Assembly: GCF_038025025.1 (NCBI RefSeq)
Contig: NW_027117341.1
Coordinates: forward strand, 1,922,001 to 1,986,000
Reading direction: 5' to 3'
DNA length: 64,000 nucleotides
Source of the DNA: Phyllosticta citribraziliensis
Lineage: Eukaryota
Below the pieces are notes generated by a model, which had not been told where the DNA came from, made no database searches, and was given only the letters and a program-made list of their open reading frames with translations. The stretch's first letter is position 1. Every line of letters starts with the position of its first letter. This document shows, piece after piece, positions 24,995-36,141 of the stretch. A program made the position numbers and the translations under genes.

Positions 24995-27426
24995 ATGGCC
25001 GTGTCCCTACGTGCTGCCGGTCTCTTGGCCAGACGGCCTGCCCTGGTATGCTCCAATTGCTCCATGCCTCACACCCAGCCCTCACTGACCTGGCCGCCTA
25101 GCTCCGCTCAGCTCTGCCCGCCAGTCGCCTTGTTCTCCGCACGCCCCAATCGTTCCACCGCCCGCGGTTATACACGTCCCCGACGGCCTCCAAGAAGCAG
25201 GACCACGTCTTTCACTCCCAGCTCGAGAACCCGGGCGCCTCGTCCCTCCTGTCCACCATTCACAAGCCCACGACTCCGCAAACTTTGACCGAGAAGATTG
25301 TGCAAAAGTATGCCGTTGGACTTCCTGATGGCAAGTTTGTCAAGTCGGGCGACTATGTCACCATTCGCCCTGCCCACTGTATGACACACGACAACTCGTG
25401 GCCCGTGGCTCTCAAATTCATGGGCATTGGGGGTACCAAGATTGCCAACAACCGGCAGACAGTCATGACACTGGACCACGACGTGCAAAACAAGAGCGAG
25501 TCCAATTTGAAGAAATACCGCCAAATCGAGGAGTTTGCAAAGAAGCAGGGCGTCGACTTTTACCCGGCGGGTAGAGGCATTGGTCACCAGATTATGGTCG
25601 AGGAGGGTTACGCCTTCCCCGGCACCTTGGCCGTAGCCTCGGACAGTCACACCAACATGTATGGCGGCATTGGATGTCTGGGCACGCCCGTCGTCCGAAC
25701 CGACGCCGCATCCATCTGGGCTACGACCAAGACTTGGTGGCAGATTCCCCCCATCGCCAAGGTCACTTTTACCGGAGTCTTGCCTCGCGGTGTCACTGGC
25801 AAGGACATTATTGTTGCTCTCTGCGGTCTGTTCAACAGCGACGATGTGCTCAACCACGCCATTGAATTTACCGGCTCCCCGGAGACACTCACCAGTCTCG
25901 GCATTGACGACCGTCTCGCCATTGCCAACATGACCACCGAGTGGGGTGCTCTCAGCGGCCTCTTTCCCATGGACTCGTCCCTCAAGGGCTGGCTGCGCTT
26001 CAAGGCCACCGAAGCCACCATGTACAACGACGGCAACATTCTCGAGAGCAACCGCCTCTCCCGCTTCAATCACGAACGCCTGGACGAATTGTTTGAGAAT
26101 GCGCCTGTGGCAGACCCTGGCGCGACCTACGCCAAGAAGTTGTACCTCGATCTGTCGACGCTGACCCCCTACGTTTCCGGCCCCAACTCGGTCAAGGTTG
26201 CAACTCCTCTGCCCGATCTCGAGGCACAAGACATTACCGTCAACAAGGCCTACCTCGTTTCCTGCACAAACTCGCGCAGCTCCGACATTTCTGCCGCCGC
26301 TCGCGTTTTCAAGGAGGCCGCCGAGAAGAACAATGGCCAAGTTCCCAAGATTCCCGAGCACGTCAAGTTTTATATTGCCGCAGCATCGACGCTCGAGGAA
26401 GCGGCCGCAAGAGAGGCTGGAGACTGGGACACGCTGCTCCAAGCTGGCGCCACGCCTCTGCCCAGCGGTTGTGGCCCCTGCATCGGTTTGGGAACTGGTT
26501 TGCTTGAGCCTGGCGAGGTTGGCGTCAGTGCCAGCAACCGCAATTTCAAGGGGCGCATGGGCTCGACCGACGCCAAGGCGTACCTGGCCAGCCCAGAGGT
26601 TGTTGCAGCCAGCGCTCTGACGGGCAAGATTGCCGGTCCCGGCTGGTTCCAAGCGCCTGAAGGATGGACGGGCGTCGTGCGCGGCGAGGGTGACTTGATC
26701 GGCAACACAATCGAGGACGCTCTTGAGCAAATCATTGCCCAGGCCGACGCCATGGTGTCTTCAGCGGAGCAAACCATTGGCGCGGCTGAGCCCAGCGCCT
26801 CGACGCCTGCAGACAGCTCTTCGTCGTCAGAATCCCTCACCGAGATCCTTCCCGGCTTCCCCGAGGTTGTTCGCGGCGAAATCGTTTTCTGCGATGCTGA
26901 CAACATTAACACGGACGGTATCTACCCAGGCAAGTACACGTACCAAGACGACGTGACGCGGGAAAAGATGGCCGAAGTTGTCATGGAAAACTACGACAAG
27001 ACTTTCGCCTCCACAGCCAAGGCGGGCGACGTGCTGGTGTCGGGCTTTAACTTTGGCTGCGGATCGTCGCGCGAGCAGGCCGCCACCGCTATTCTGGCCA
27101 AGGGCATCCCGCTGGTCGTGGCGGGCTCGTTCGCCAACATCTTTGGCCGCAACAGCATCAACAACGCACTCATGGGTGTCGAGGTGCCTAAGCTGGTCGA
27201 GCGTCTGCGCACCGCTTTCCCTGCCGACACCAAGGAGCCTACCCGCCGCACAGGTTGGACGTTCGAATGGGATGTGCGCCGCAGCAAGGTCACTGTCACC
27301 GAGGGCCCTGGGGGCGACAGCTGGAGTCAACGCGTTGGCGAGCTGCCGCCTAATGTGCAGGAGATTATTGCTCTGGGCGGTCTTGAGAAGTGGGTCATGA
27401 AGAGCATTGCCGAACAGGCGCAATAG
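24995..27426 (+). CDS. LYS4: Mitochondrial homoaconitase (alpha-aminoadipate lysine pathway); intron 25046-25101
   Basis: Presequence [17 protein letters not shown]|; [88 protein letters not shown]. Confidence 0.97.
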
Positions 27427-28574
27427 TAGGAGTGCACTGAGTTTGTGTATGAACTTACGCCTTGTAGGAACAAGGGGAAAGGAAAAGCATTGGCGGGATC
27501 TTTGTTCTTCTTCTGACGATGTGATGGGCCGGCTTGCACGTCTTTCTTCGACTAACCGGGTTTGGAGGTGCTGGGAGTTTTTGCGCTCTTTCTTCATTTC
27601 TTTTTGGATGATGCCATGGAGACAGGTGGTAAGACTATGGCAGCGACGGATGCTACAGGCGCGAGCTGATTTACCATGACCCGGGACAGCGGATCAAAAA
27701 GCAGCAGCGACGCGACAACACGCTTCAGACGCGTCTTTTCAAAAAGATTAATCCAACAGTCTTGCTCGTACCTAATGATCTGCCAATTGCATGTTGCGAT
27801 AAACGACGCGCCTGATGAGCGACAAAAATTACTTCGAATGAAGAGACTGGTACGTTGACTGTTAGGGTTTGAGGATAAGAATAAGCTCGGATTTTACAAG
27901 CGAGAGCCTAATCTGGTCCCTTATCGCATCTGCTGGACTATACGGTCGCTCGAATAGGAAAAGAATCTCCCGCAGCCTCGTGAGCAGAAGACGTCACTTG
28001 GTGGGTTCTGCCTCGATGTGGCAAGTATCTAAGTAAACATCTCATCCCGCTTGGCGGACAGCAAACCCGCTGAAACGAATAATAGCAACGGAAAGTAGAA
28101 GTCGTCGCCCGCTACCGATCTAATACTAGCAGCCGACTTTGGCGACCAATTTCTTTGCGAAGCGTATGTTGGGGCCCCTTCTATCTTTGAAGAATCATGG
28201 CCCGGACTGCGGACTACTTCGTTGCCGTATTGTGGATCTCGGGAGAAGTCCCTCGGAAAGTAAGCGTGTCCTCGCTTTGTTATCTCTGATCCGAATGATT
28301 CCAATCGCCGACTTTGTTTGCTAAAGGCTACTAAATTGCGTGTCCGCTTTTCTCTTAAAAGTAGAAGCAGCTCATTTCCCTACGTTGGTTATGAGCCTGT
28401 TTGTCATTCCTAAACTCATAAGCGTCGGCTGTTGCGAGAGTGCCCCCTTTAGTTCTACGCAAGAGCTTCTTTCTTCGTCGGCTAGACGATGTATAAGAAG
28501 CAGCCGGATCGTGATGGCGGTGCAATTCAACAGCCACTCGTTGTCTCGTTATTGCACCGCAGGTCTTTACCAAG

Positions 28575-29583
28575 ATGCACTTCACCACCACCTTTGCCAT
28601 CCTTTTCTCGGCGACTACAGTCCTCGCTCTTCCCGGGAAGCCTCAGCCGCCACAAAACACTGTTGCAAAGACCGACAAAACCTCATCTGACTCATCTGGT
28701 GATGATTGGCCCGTCTGGTTTGGCGTCACCATCGACAAGCCCCCCTCGGGCAAATTCACTGGCATTTCCGCCACGCTCAAAGTACCAACTCTCAAACTTG
28801 GCGATCAGGAAGGCCCCAACGGATATGGGTACATCTGTTCCACTCGATGGATAGATACATGGACGAAGCTGACAGGATCTCTGAAAGCGTCTCCGCCTGG
28901 ATAGGCCTCGACGGCGCCAAAGACAGCGATGATGTTCTCCAGGTCGGCGTCAACATGTTCATTACCAGTGACGGCGCCAAACTGACCGTTCCGGACGGAG
29001 ACAATCTCATTCTGCGCGGTGTGCCCGAGGTAAACAGCATAACCCAACGCCCCTCGCAAGGAACAAAGTCACTCACAAGAACTTCTCTTTGCAGTGGTAC
29101 CCCACGCCATTCACCGAGTGGACAGAGAAAGAGCTCAAAATCGTCTACGGCGACGTCATTAACCTGCGCGTCGAGTCGACCAGCGAAACGGCCGCCACCC
29201 TGTACATCGAAAACACGAACACGGGCGTGAAAATCAGCAAGCCGATGACGCCGCCCAAGGGGACCAAGCTCATCGGCAACACGGCCGAGTGGATCGTTGA
29301 GTCGCTCATCGGGCCCGACGGCAAGTTCCTGCCGCCCCCTGACTTTGGCACCATCGCCTTCTCAGACTGCGTGGCCACAACGAGCGATGGCAAGACGTAT
29401 GGTCCCGATGCTGGCAAGGTCTTCGATCAGGGGGATAAGCTGAAGACGGAGACGAAGGGGAATACGGTCAATGTCAATTTTGTTCCGGAAAGCGCGTTCA
29501 TCAATCCGGGGAAGCCCGGGGGCAAGAAGAAGCCACCTGCGGAGAGTAGCACGACTGGTGGCACGGCTCATACTGGTCAGTGA
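28575..29583 (+). CDS. Secreted G1 glutamic peptidase, paralog 2; introns 28829-28887 and 29030-29094
   Basis: Signal peptide MHFTTTFAILFSATTVLA; G|VSAWIGLDG..VLQVGV; E|WYP; TAEWIVES; PDFGTIAFSDC. Confidence 0.9.
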
Positions 29584-31210
29584 TGACGATGATGGAGGTG
29601 GTGACGATTTACTGTTTTCGCAGGTTGTGGGGCGGGTCCTGGGGCCTCTGGCTATCGGAAAGATGGTGAATATACCAGGGTTCGCCCGCCCCCCTTTCCC
29701 CCCCTTGATTGACTTCCTAGCTTGGTGGAAGAATTGACTTCGAAGTTGACCAATTGAAATAACTCAAGACTCGATTCAAAACTTCTCCGAGAACAGTCTG
29801 TATACTATTCCCGCTTCTTGTGAAGCCAGTGCGAGTAAGTGCCAATTCAACAAGCCCCTTTGCGAGCAGCCGTGATCGTGTTACTGCGCGTAGTTTACTG
29901 AATAGCCGTACAAGCGCTACCATTGATGAGGCGCAGAGAGCCAGCGACGACAAGCTGGCGACAGCGAACTGATTTGGTGTCGCTATACGAAAGCTCCGGC
30001 AAGCGTATTTGTCTTGGATTGTTGTGGAGCGCAACACCATGAGCGAAAGTTCTGCCGGGCGGTGTGGATTGTATTGGTAATAGCTCTCAGCGACAAGTAA
30101 CATACCTTGTGGTTATTGCGCGAGGAGGCTAAGCCGAGCACCAAAGCGTACCTTGCAGCTCCAAACGTGGCTGTGCGGACGACCCCGAGCGCCCGCATCA
30201 CAAACGCTCTGGCGACCAATCAGAGAAACCCCGACTACCTTTCTCGAAGCCTCGGCATCTCACCGCATGCCAGATCGACTGGACATGATTTGCTCGGTCT
30301 CGCCGTGGCCAATGCGGTGCGATCCGGAAGTATGTGCCTGGTTCGCGGTTGGCGGAACTGACTGGCGGACTGTCTTTTGTAGGTTGCGCCACGACCGTGT
30401 CGCCGTGCCCGACGCGTTCTCGTCCATTTGCAGAGCCTCCTGCGGATGTAAAATTAGAACAGCGGCGTTGCCAAGTCCGGCAGGTCCTTGCGACATATCT
30501 AAGTTCAAGGCCAAGCTTTCACCACACAGTCCACGGGGAGCGTTAGTCAGAAGAGTGAGGTCGTCTTCCTCGCAACAAAAGACGGGATCTGGCGTTACGC
30601 TGTGGTACCTGAATCCTGTCGGCTTGTCTCAGTCCAACTACTGCCGACGTCGTCGTCACAAATGTCGCCGCGCTAAACCGTAATCAGACCTCTCTGTCAC
30701 TTTGTGCGGCGGAAATACCATTTTGCGTTGCGGGACGTTGCGGATGACGGTGGGAACTCGCTGTCAAGCTTTTTCTTTTGCAGGGAGTTGGAATTGCAAG
30801 TCCAAAAATACTTTCCAACTTCATGCCACTTACCACGTCCTTCCAGCTTCAAGAAACAAAGAGACCGAGAAAACAACAGAACCATCTCGCGACTTTCCTC
30901 TACAGAGCAGTCTAGAATTTCACCCAGGATCAATTAGGCAAGATGAGCATGAGCAAGCAGGATCTAGTGCGCACGAAGGTGTATCTTTCAAAGTTCTCGC
31001 CGAAAGTCAAGCGTCGACATCTTTCCAATAGTTAGAATCAGTCAAGCAGTTTTTCCAATTTACTGCCCGTAAGTTTGTCCTCCTAAAGCTGCACGCCTCT
31101 CGATCTGCATTAGACCTCCTGCCTGAGTAGACTTTTAGGCACGAATATATAGGATAGCTCAACTGCACGGTACATCCGCTTTTTTCTTCACTCCTTTTTG
31201 GGCATACAAG

Positions 31211-32214
31211 ATGCATTTCTGTACCGCCCTTCTCGCACTTCTTTCGGTCACCACGGTCATGGGTGGCGTCATCCCACAAGGCCCTGGCCACGTCCACCTG
31301 GGCCCCAGCAACAAGAAAACTCAGACTTCCATGAAGACAACCGCGGAGTCATCTGACGGAGGCACTGACGACTACGAATTCATATGGGTCGGCGGCGTCA
31401 TCGAAGCGCCTCCCGCGAATGACCGCTTTGTGTCTGTCTCGGCCAAAATTATTGCTCCTAATCCCCGTTTTCCCGCAGACGACCAGGGAGGCATAGATTA
31501 CGGGTAGACCCCTCACGCAATCGATACTGGAATCGGAATTTGAACTGACGTGTTTTTGTCGAAAGCGCTGCGGCTTGGCTCGGCATCGATGGCTACAACA
31601 ACCTTTTCGTGCTGCAGATTGGTTTCCTTTTTCGCATCAGCGCGCAAGGCGTCATCAGCTACGACGCCTGCTACGAAGTGAGCAGCCCCAGCCCCAGCCC
31701 CGCCATAAAGCGCACGGAAAACGCTGACACTCTGTCCAAGTGGTATCCCGGCCTTCCCGAGTGCGTCTACATCAAGGAAATCACAATCAATCCCGGCGAC
31801 GCTCTCTCCCTGAGCGTCGAGTCGGCAGACGGCACGGCAGGCACCGTCACCATCGAAAACGAGACCAGAAACCAGCACTTCAGCATGCCACTGACGGCAC
31901 ACGATGAGTCCGAAGTCTTGCTGGGCCAGAACGCCGAGTGGATCGTCGAAGAGTATCAGTCGACGGGCAAACCGCGCTCGCAGCCCCCTGATTTCGACTC
32001 TCTTGAGTTCACCGAGGCGACGGCCAAGACGAGAGATGGCCTCACCCTCACGCCGGCGGATGGTAAGCTTGTCGATTGGGCGCCCAAGCTTTCTGGATCT
32101 ATTGGGCCGGGCACGGTTACTATTACGTACACGGGTGAAGAGAAGGACTGTGGTGCCGCCGGCCAATCTGAAAGTTGCCCTGGCCCTGGTAACTCTGGTA
32201 ACACTGGTGGATGA
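31211..32214 (+). CDS. Secreted G1 glutamic peptidase, paralog 3; introns 31504-31565 and 31678-31740
   Basis: Signal peptide MHFCTALLALLSVTTVMG; G|AAAWLGIDG..VLQIG; CYE|WYP; NAEWIVEE; PDFDSLEFTEA. Confidence 0.9.
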
Positions 32215-33469
32215 ACTTTTCCTGGCATTTGCGGGGTTTGGTTGATGTGGCCGAAGCATGAATGGGCGCGCAGAAAAGCACGAGGAACAAAACGAAGAAC
32301 GCGCATTTCCACGCTAGTCCTAGAAATAGATCAAGTTAATTGTTGCTCAATAATCACGCCATGTCAGTTCCCTTGTTTTTCGGCTTCATGTGGTAGCTCT
32401 TCAGGAGAGAAATGCTGATTTGCAGGGGCAGGAAACACATGTCGACGAAAGAACCCCAGCAGAACACCGGGCCGCTCATGAAGCGGCAATCGAGCAGAGG
32501 ACGAATCAGCAAGCCAAGTAGTCAGGGAGCCAAGACGAGGGAAAATCCCGCGGACGCGCAATGGTCGCGGGGGAAAAGTAAACCTCCGCGGACCACCCCC
32601 TTTGTAGTATAAAGTGCCTTTATACAGCCGCGCACTGCTTGCCGACAGTCTTTAGGCTCTTGATCTGCCTGTATAAGCTGAGATCATACCGTTGGACCCT
32701 GATCTGAAAGCGAAAGCAGAAACTCTTTTCCTGCTTTTGCTCTGTGTTCTTCTTCGTCTGGCGCATGTACGTACGTAATGCCTAGACACCTCGTTCAGTT
32801 CTTCGAGGCATCAGTGATTTAGTTTTGCTTTCTTGGTTGAAAGGAGAAAGGGGAACCTGGGAATTTTGACTGTAGGGAAGTTGTTGGAGAGTTTGGTGCG
32901 TGGTGGCCCGTTGCGTCGCGGTTCGTCTTCATGGATGGACTTGCCATGCCAGACGGAGCTGTCAAGAGTTCGAGATCTTACGGCGTGGCCTCTTGCGCGA
33001 TGTACCCCTCTTACCATCGCAAAAGGGAGGCCCCAGTCGCAATTCTCCCATTCGCCGTCTCATGAGTGCGAGCCTGAGTTTTTGATGCTGCCCTGATGCT
33101 CTGAATTTTCGCCCAAGGGCTATGAAGGCAAAGATTGTAGAAGTTATGATTCCCTGGTGTACAACGTCGAAGTGATTAGGGGCGCTCGCCGCTGCTTTGG
33201 CCACTGAAATTAGTAGAGCGTCACTCACGACGCCACGAACCGGTGGCGTATGAAGAAGTCAGTCGCTTTTATGGCTGTTCCTCTCCTTGTTAGGAGCAAA
33301 AATATTGACTTGTCGTTCTTGCATTCTCTCATGAGACGTTTGTGTGCTGCGTGGGTGTTGAAATGAATGAGTAACTGACTAAAGTAGAAAAGGCAAGCTC
33401 TAGACTTCGATTGGAAAGGTGAAAAAGCAAAGGTACGACTGCGTGGGAAGAATTGCAACAATCAGGCAA

Positions 33470-35410
33470 TCAAATGCGAACCATTCCAAAGGGACTGTTA
33501 CTATAGTCACTGTAATCACTGTAATCGTCCCTATCCGAGCTGTCCAGGGACTCCGATTCATCGCTCGAACTGCCGCTGGCATCGGTGTCCCTGTACAAGT
33601 GATCGCGCGGTTCCTCTTCAGCGTCTTCGGTGCTGCCTCCATAGCCGCGCTGTTTGCTCTCTCTTTCCGCGTCGAGCGTCTGCTCTGTGTGCAGCCATTC
33701 CATGCGGACTTTACTCGTGTGTCGGCATTTGAACGACGTTGGCCAGTTTTCGGGTTGAATTGTGAAGCGAAAGCCCGCCTCGCGGTTCTCAAAGGTCATC
33801 ATGGAGCCATCACAGTGCCGCGAATACTTTCCGCACACCTTGGTCAGCGTCTTCAGATCAAACCAGTCGACCAATCTGTCGCTCGATTCGGCCCTCAATC
33901 GCTCGTTGCCTTGGGCGGATCCTCGGTGGTAGGCGCAGCGCCAAGGGGAGTTCGCGAGTGCGTCGGTCATCCGGGAAGCCCTCCAACTTCTAAAGACCGA
34001 AGCTTCTTTGTCGTTGTATCTCTCTCTATCGATGAATTGGTCATAGAAGATGTCTGCGATGAACAGACCCATGAATATTGCGTTGTCTTGTATGGTGGTC
34101 TTGCGCCGAATGCCTCTAGAATCGCTTGGTTTGTTACATTCGATCATGTCCAAGATTTCGAAATTAGTCCGTCGGTCTAGGACTTTATCGAGAGATCGGG
34201 GGAGCAAGTATTCTTTGCCACATGCTCTGTAGACTCTTTCAGTGGAAAGCGCCAATCTCCTTTGGGTGCAATGGCAATCCGGAAGTGATGTGATTATGTT
34301 CATGGCATCACATGCCTCAAGAGCATAGCCCATCAGCCTCTTGTGCCGAGGGGTTGTCCGCCCACTTTCCAGGTAGTTCTGGAAGGCCTCAAATATGGGC
34401 TCCTGTATCATTCCTCGCTTGGCCAAGAGGATGGTCCGAAACCATAGTCGGCATAGGTACACAGGTCGCTGTGCCTCAAGAACCGCATCGAGAAGTACTT
34501 CAGACGATTTCTTGTCCATGTTCACCTCGATATTGGCGAGTGGTGATGTGCCGTCTTGGTCCGCTACCATTGCCATCGCGCCATAGAATCGGTCTTCAGC
34601 ATCTCTGCTGAGATAGTACCCAGTACTCATCATTTCGAGTAGTTCCCATAGCTTCTTCTTGCCTCCACCAAGGCGCAAATCAGTCAGAACTTTTATGCTT
34701 TTGATGAGAGCCGGGAAAAGTCCGGACGAGCCCTCCATTGTCCGACATAGGCCGCTCACTCCGGTTTCAACCTTTTCGAAGCTGGCTTGCTTGTTCCCGA
34801 TGACAAAGACAATTTTCTTTGCAACAGCACACTCTTGAACAACCCAAACACGTCTCCAGTATGCAAGTCGCGAAAATTGCTTGACGGCGCTTTGCATCTC
34901 TTGTGGGAGTTTGTTGAATTTCAGACAGCGTTTCCACTTATGGCCCCGAAAGAAATTCTCGAAATCCAGGATTGGCGTCAGGCACTCCCCTTCTCTTTTG
35001 GTCATGTCAAGCCATGCCAGCACTTTTTCTGCATTGCGAAAGATGTCACCCATGCGTGGAATCTGCTGCTGTTTCTCCTGCCTATCACTTTGGTCCAAGC
35101 AGATTTTGTCGGTCCAGATCCATGTGCTGCATATCCTTTGGTTCCATGCCCAATCAAGAAAGCGCCCCAGACTGTCGTGAACCGGGAACAAGTACAGTCT
35201 GCCCCCAGGTCTCCTGCGGAGGTAGATTTGTCGAATTTCAGTGTCATCTCCCCAGCAGTATGACAACGCTGTGTAAGTGGCCCGGGTCTGTTCCCTGTAG
35301 TGGACGTCGCACACAAGTAGCCCGTTGATTTTTCGTTTCTCCAGCTTGATGAGACGGATTGTTGACGGGGTTTCGAGATCCTCATACGGGAATTGATTTA
35401 ACAGTGCCAT
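33470..35410 (-). CDS. HET-domain (heterokaryon incompatibility, HET-6-like) protein, paralog 1, ~646 aa, intronless
   Basis: FPYEDLETPSTIRLIKL, YTALSYCWGD, WIWTDKICLDQSDRQEKQQQIPRMGDIFRNAEKVLAWL, YWRRVWVVQE. The start at 35410 was chosen by alignment with the two paralogs. Confidence 0.9.
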   Translation of the reverse strand: MALLNQFPYEDLETPSTIRLIKLEKRKINGLLVCDVHYREQTRATYTALSYCWGDDTEIRQIYLRRRPGGRLYLFPVHDSLGRFLDWAWNQRICSTWIWTDKICLDQSDRQEKQQQIPRMGDIFRNAEKVLAWLDMTKREGECLTPILDFENFFRGHKWKRCLKFNKLPQEMQSAVKQFSRLAYWRRVWVVQECAVAKKIVFVIGNKQASFEKVETGVSGLCRTMEGSSGLFPALIKSIKVLTDLRLGGGKKKLWELLEMMSTGYYLSRDAEDRFYGAMAMVADQDGTSPLANIEVNMDKKSSEVLLDAVLEAQRPVYLCRLWFRTILLAKRGMIQEPIFEAFQNYLESGRTTPRHKRLMGYALEACDAMNIITSLPDCHCTQRRLALSTERVYRACGKEYLLPRSLDKVLDRRTNFEILDMIECNKPSDSRGIRRKTTIQDNAIFMGLFIADIFYDQFIDRERYNDKEASVFRSWRASRMTDALANSPWRCAYHRGSAQGNERLRAESSDRLVDWFDLKTLTKVCGKYSRHCDGSMMTFENREAGFRFTIQPENWPTSFKCRHTSKVRMEWLHTEQTLDAERESKQRGYGGSTEDAEEEPRDHLYRDTDASGSSSDESESLDSSDRDDYSDYSDYSNSPFGMVRI

Positions 35411-36141
35411 GGTGAAGGAGAGAGGTGAGGTCCAGATGTCAACTGCAGAACTGTCCCAGGCTAGGGGAGGAAATGGTGCGTTTTTGCACTCATAAGGCGA
35501 GAATAAGCGCCAGGCAATGTCTGCGGGTGTCAGCAGTGTTTCTAGCGCCCAGCGGCTGCCAAAGATAGCCAAGTGGCTTGGAAACCACTGGCAGACGTCG
35601 CTCTGGCCCCGCAAGATCTCCTGAAGATTGTTTCATGACAGGAAGCCAGCATTTTGGCTTGTAGGGCCTATTCGATAGCTTGGCTGATGGCCGAGGTGGT
35701 GTTGCATGCGGTGCATGGGGGCTGTATTCCGGCTTTGGCGAATCAGCATCGCCCCACGCGGCAGCAGATAGGAACGATAGCAAAATCTTGAACGCATAGC
35801 GCTTCTGGAACGACGGGTAGCTGATCAGCGAGAGAAGCAGAGAGCGAGGAAGAGAAAGAAAGCCTACAAGGCCGGAAGTTCTTCGAAATGAGTGTGTGGA
35901 AGTGGCAGTCGCGCCCCTCCCAAGCACGTCTGATTGCGTAAGCGAGCAGCCTCAACTCCCCGCCTTCCTATCCTTCCTCTACCCGCATGACGATCTTTTT
36001 GTTCATCCTTGGAGATCCCATCCATTTCGTAGCCTTTGCTCGTGGCATCCATAGTGAACAAAAACGGGCCTTCGGGAGTGTGTTGATTGACCAATACAGT
36101 GCCGTTTGTTTTGTTGCCTCCCAGCAGACCCGACAATGCCA

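Noticed and set aside
25168..26730. 520-aa - strand ORF
   Set aside because: Antisense shadow of LYS4.
32607..32625. Palindrome GTATAAAG-TGC-CTTTATAC
   Set aside because: 8-bp arms are within chance expectation, and no adjacent gene start was identified.
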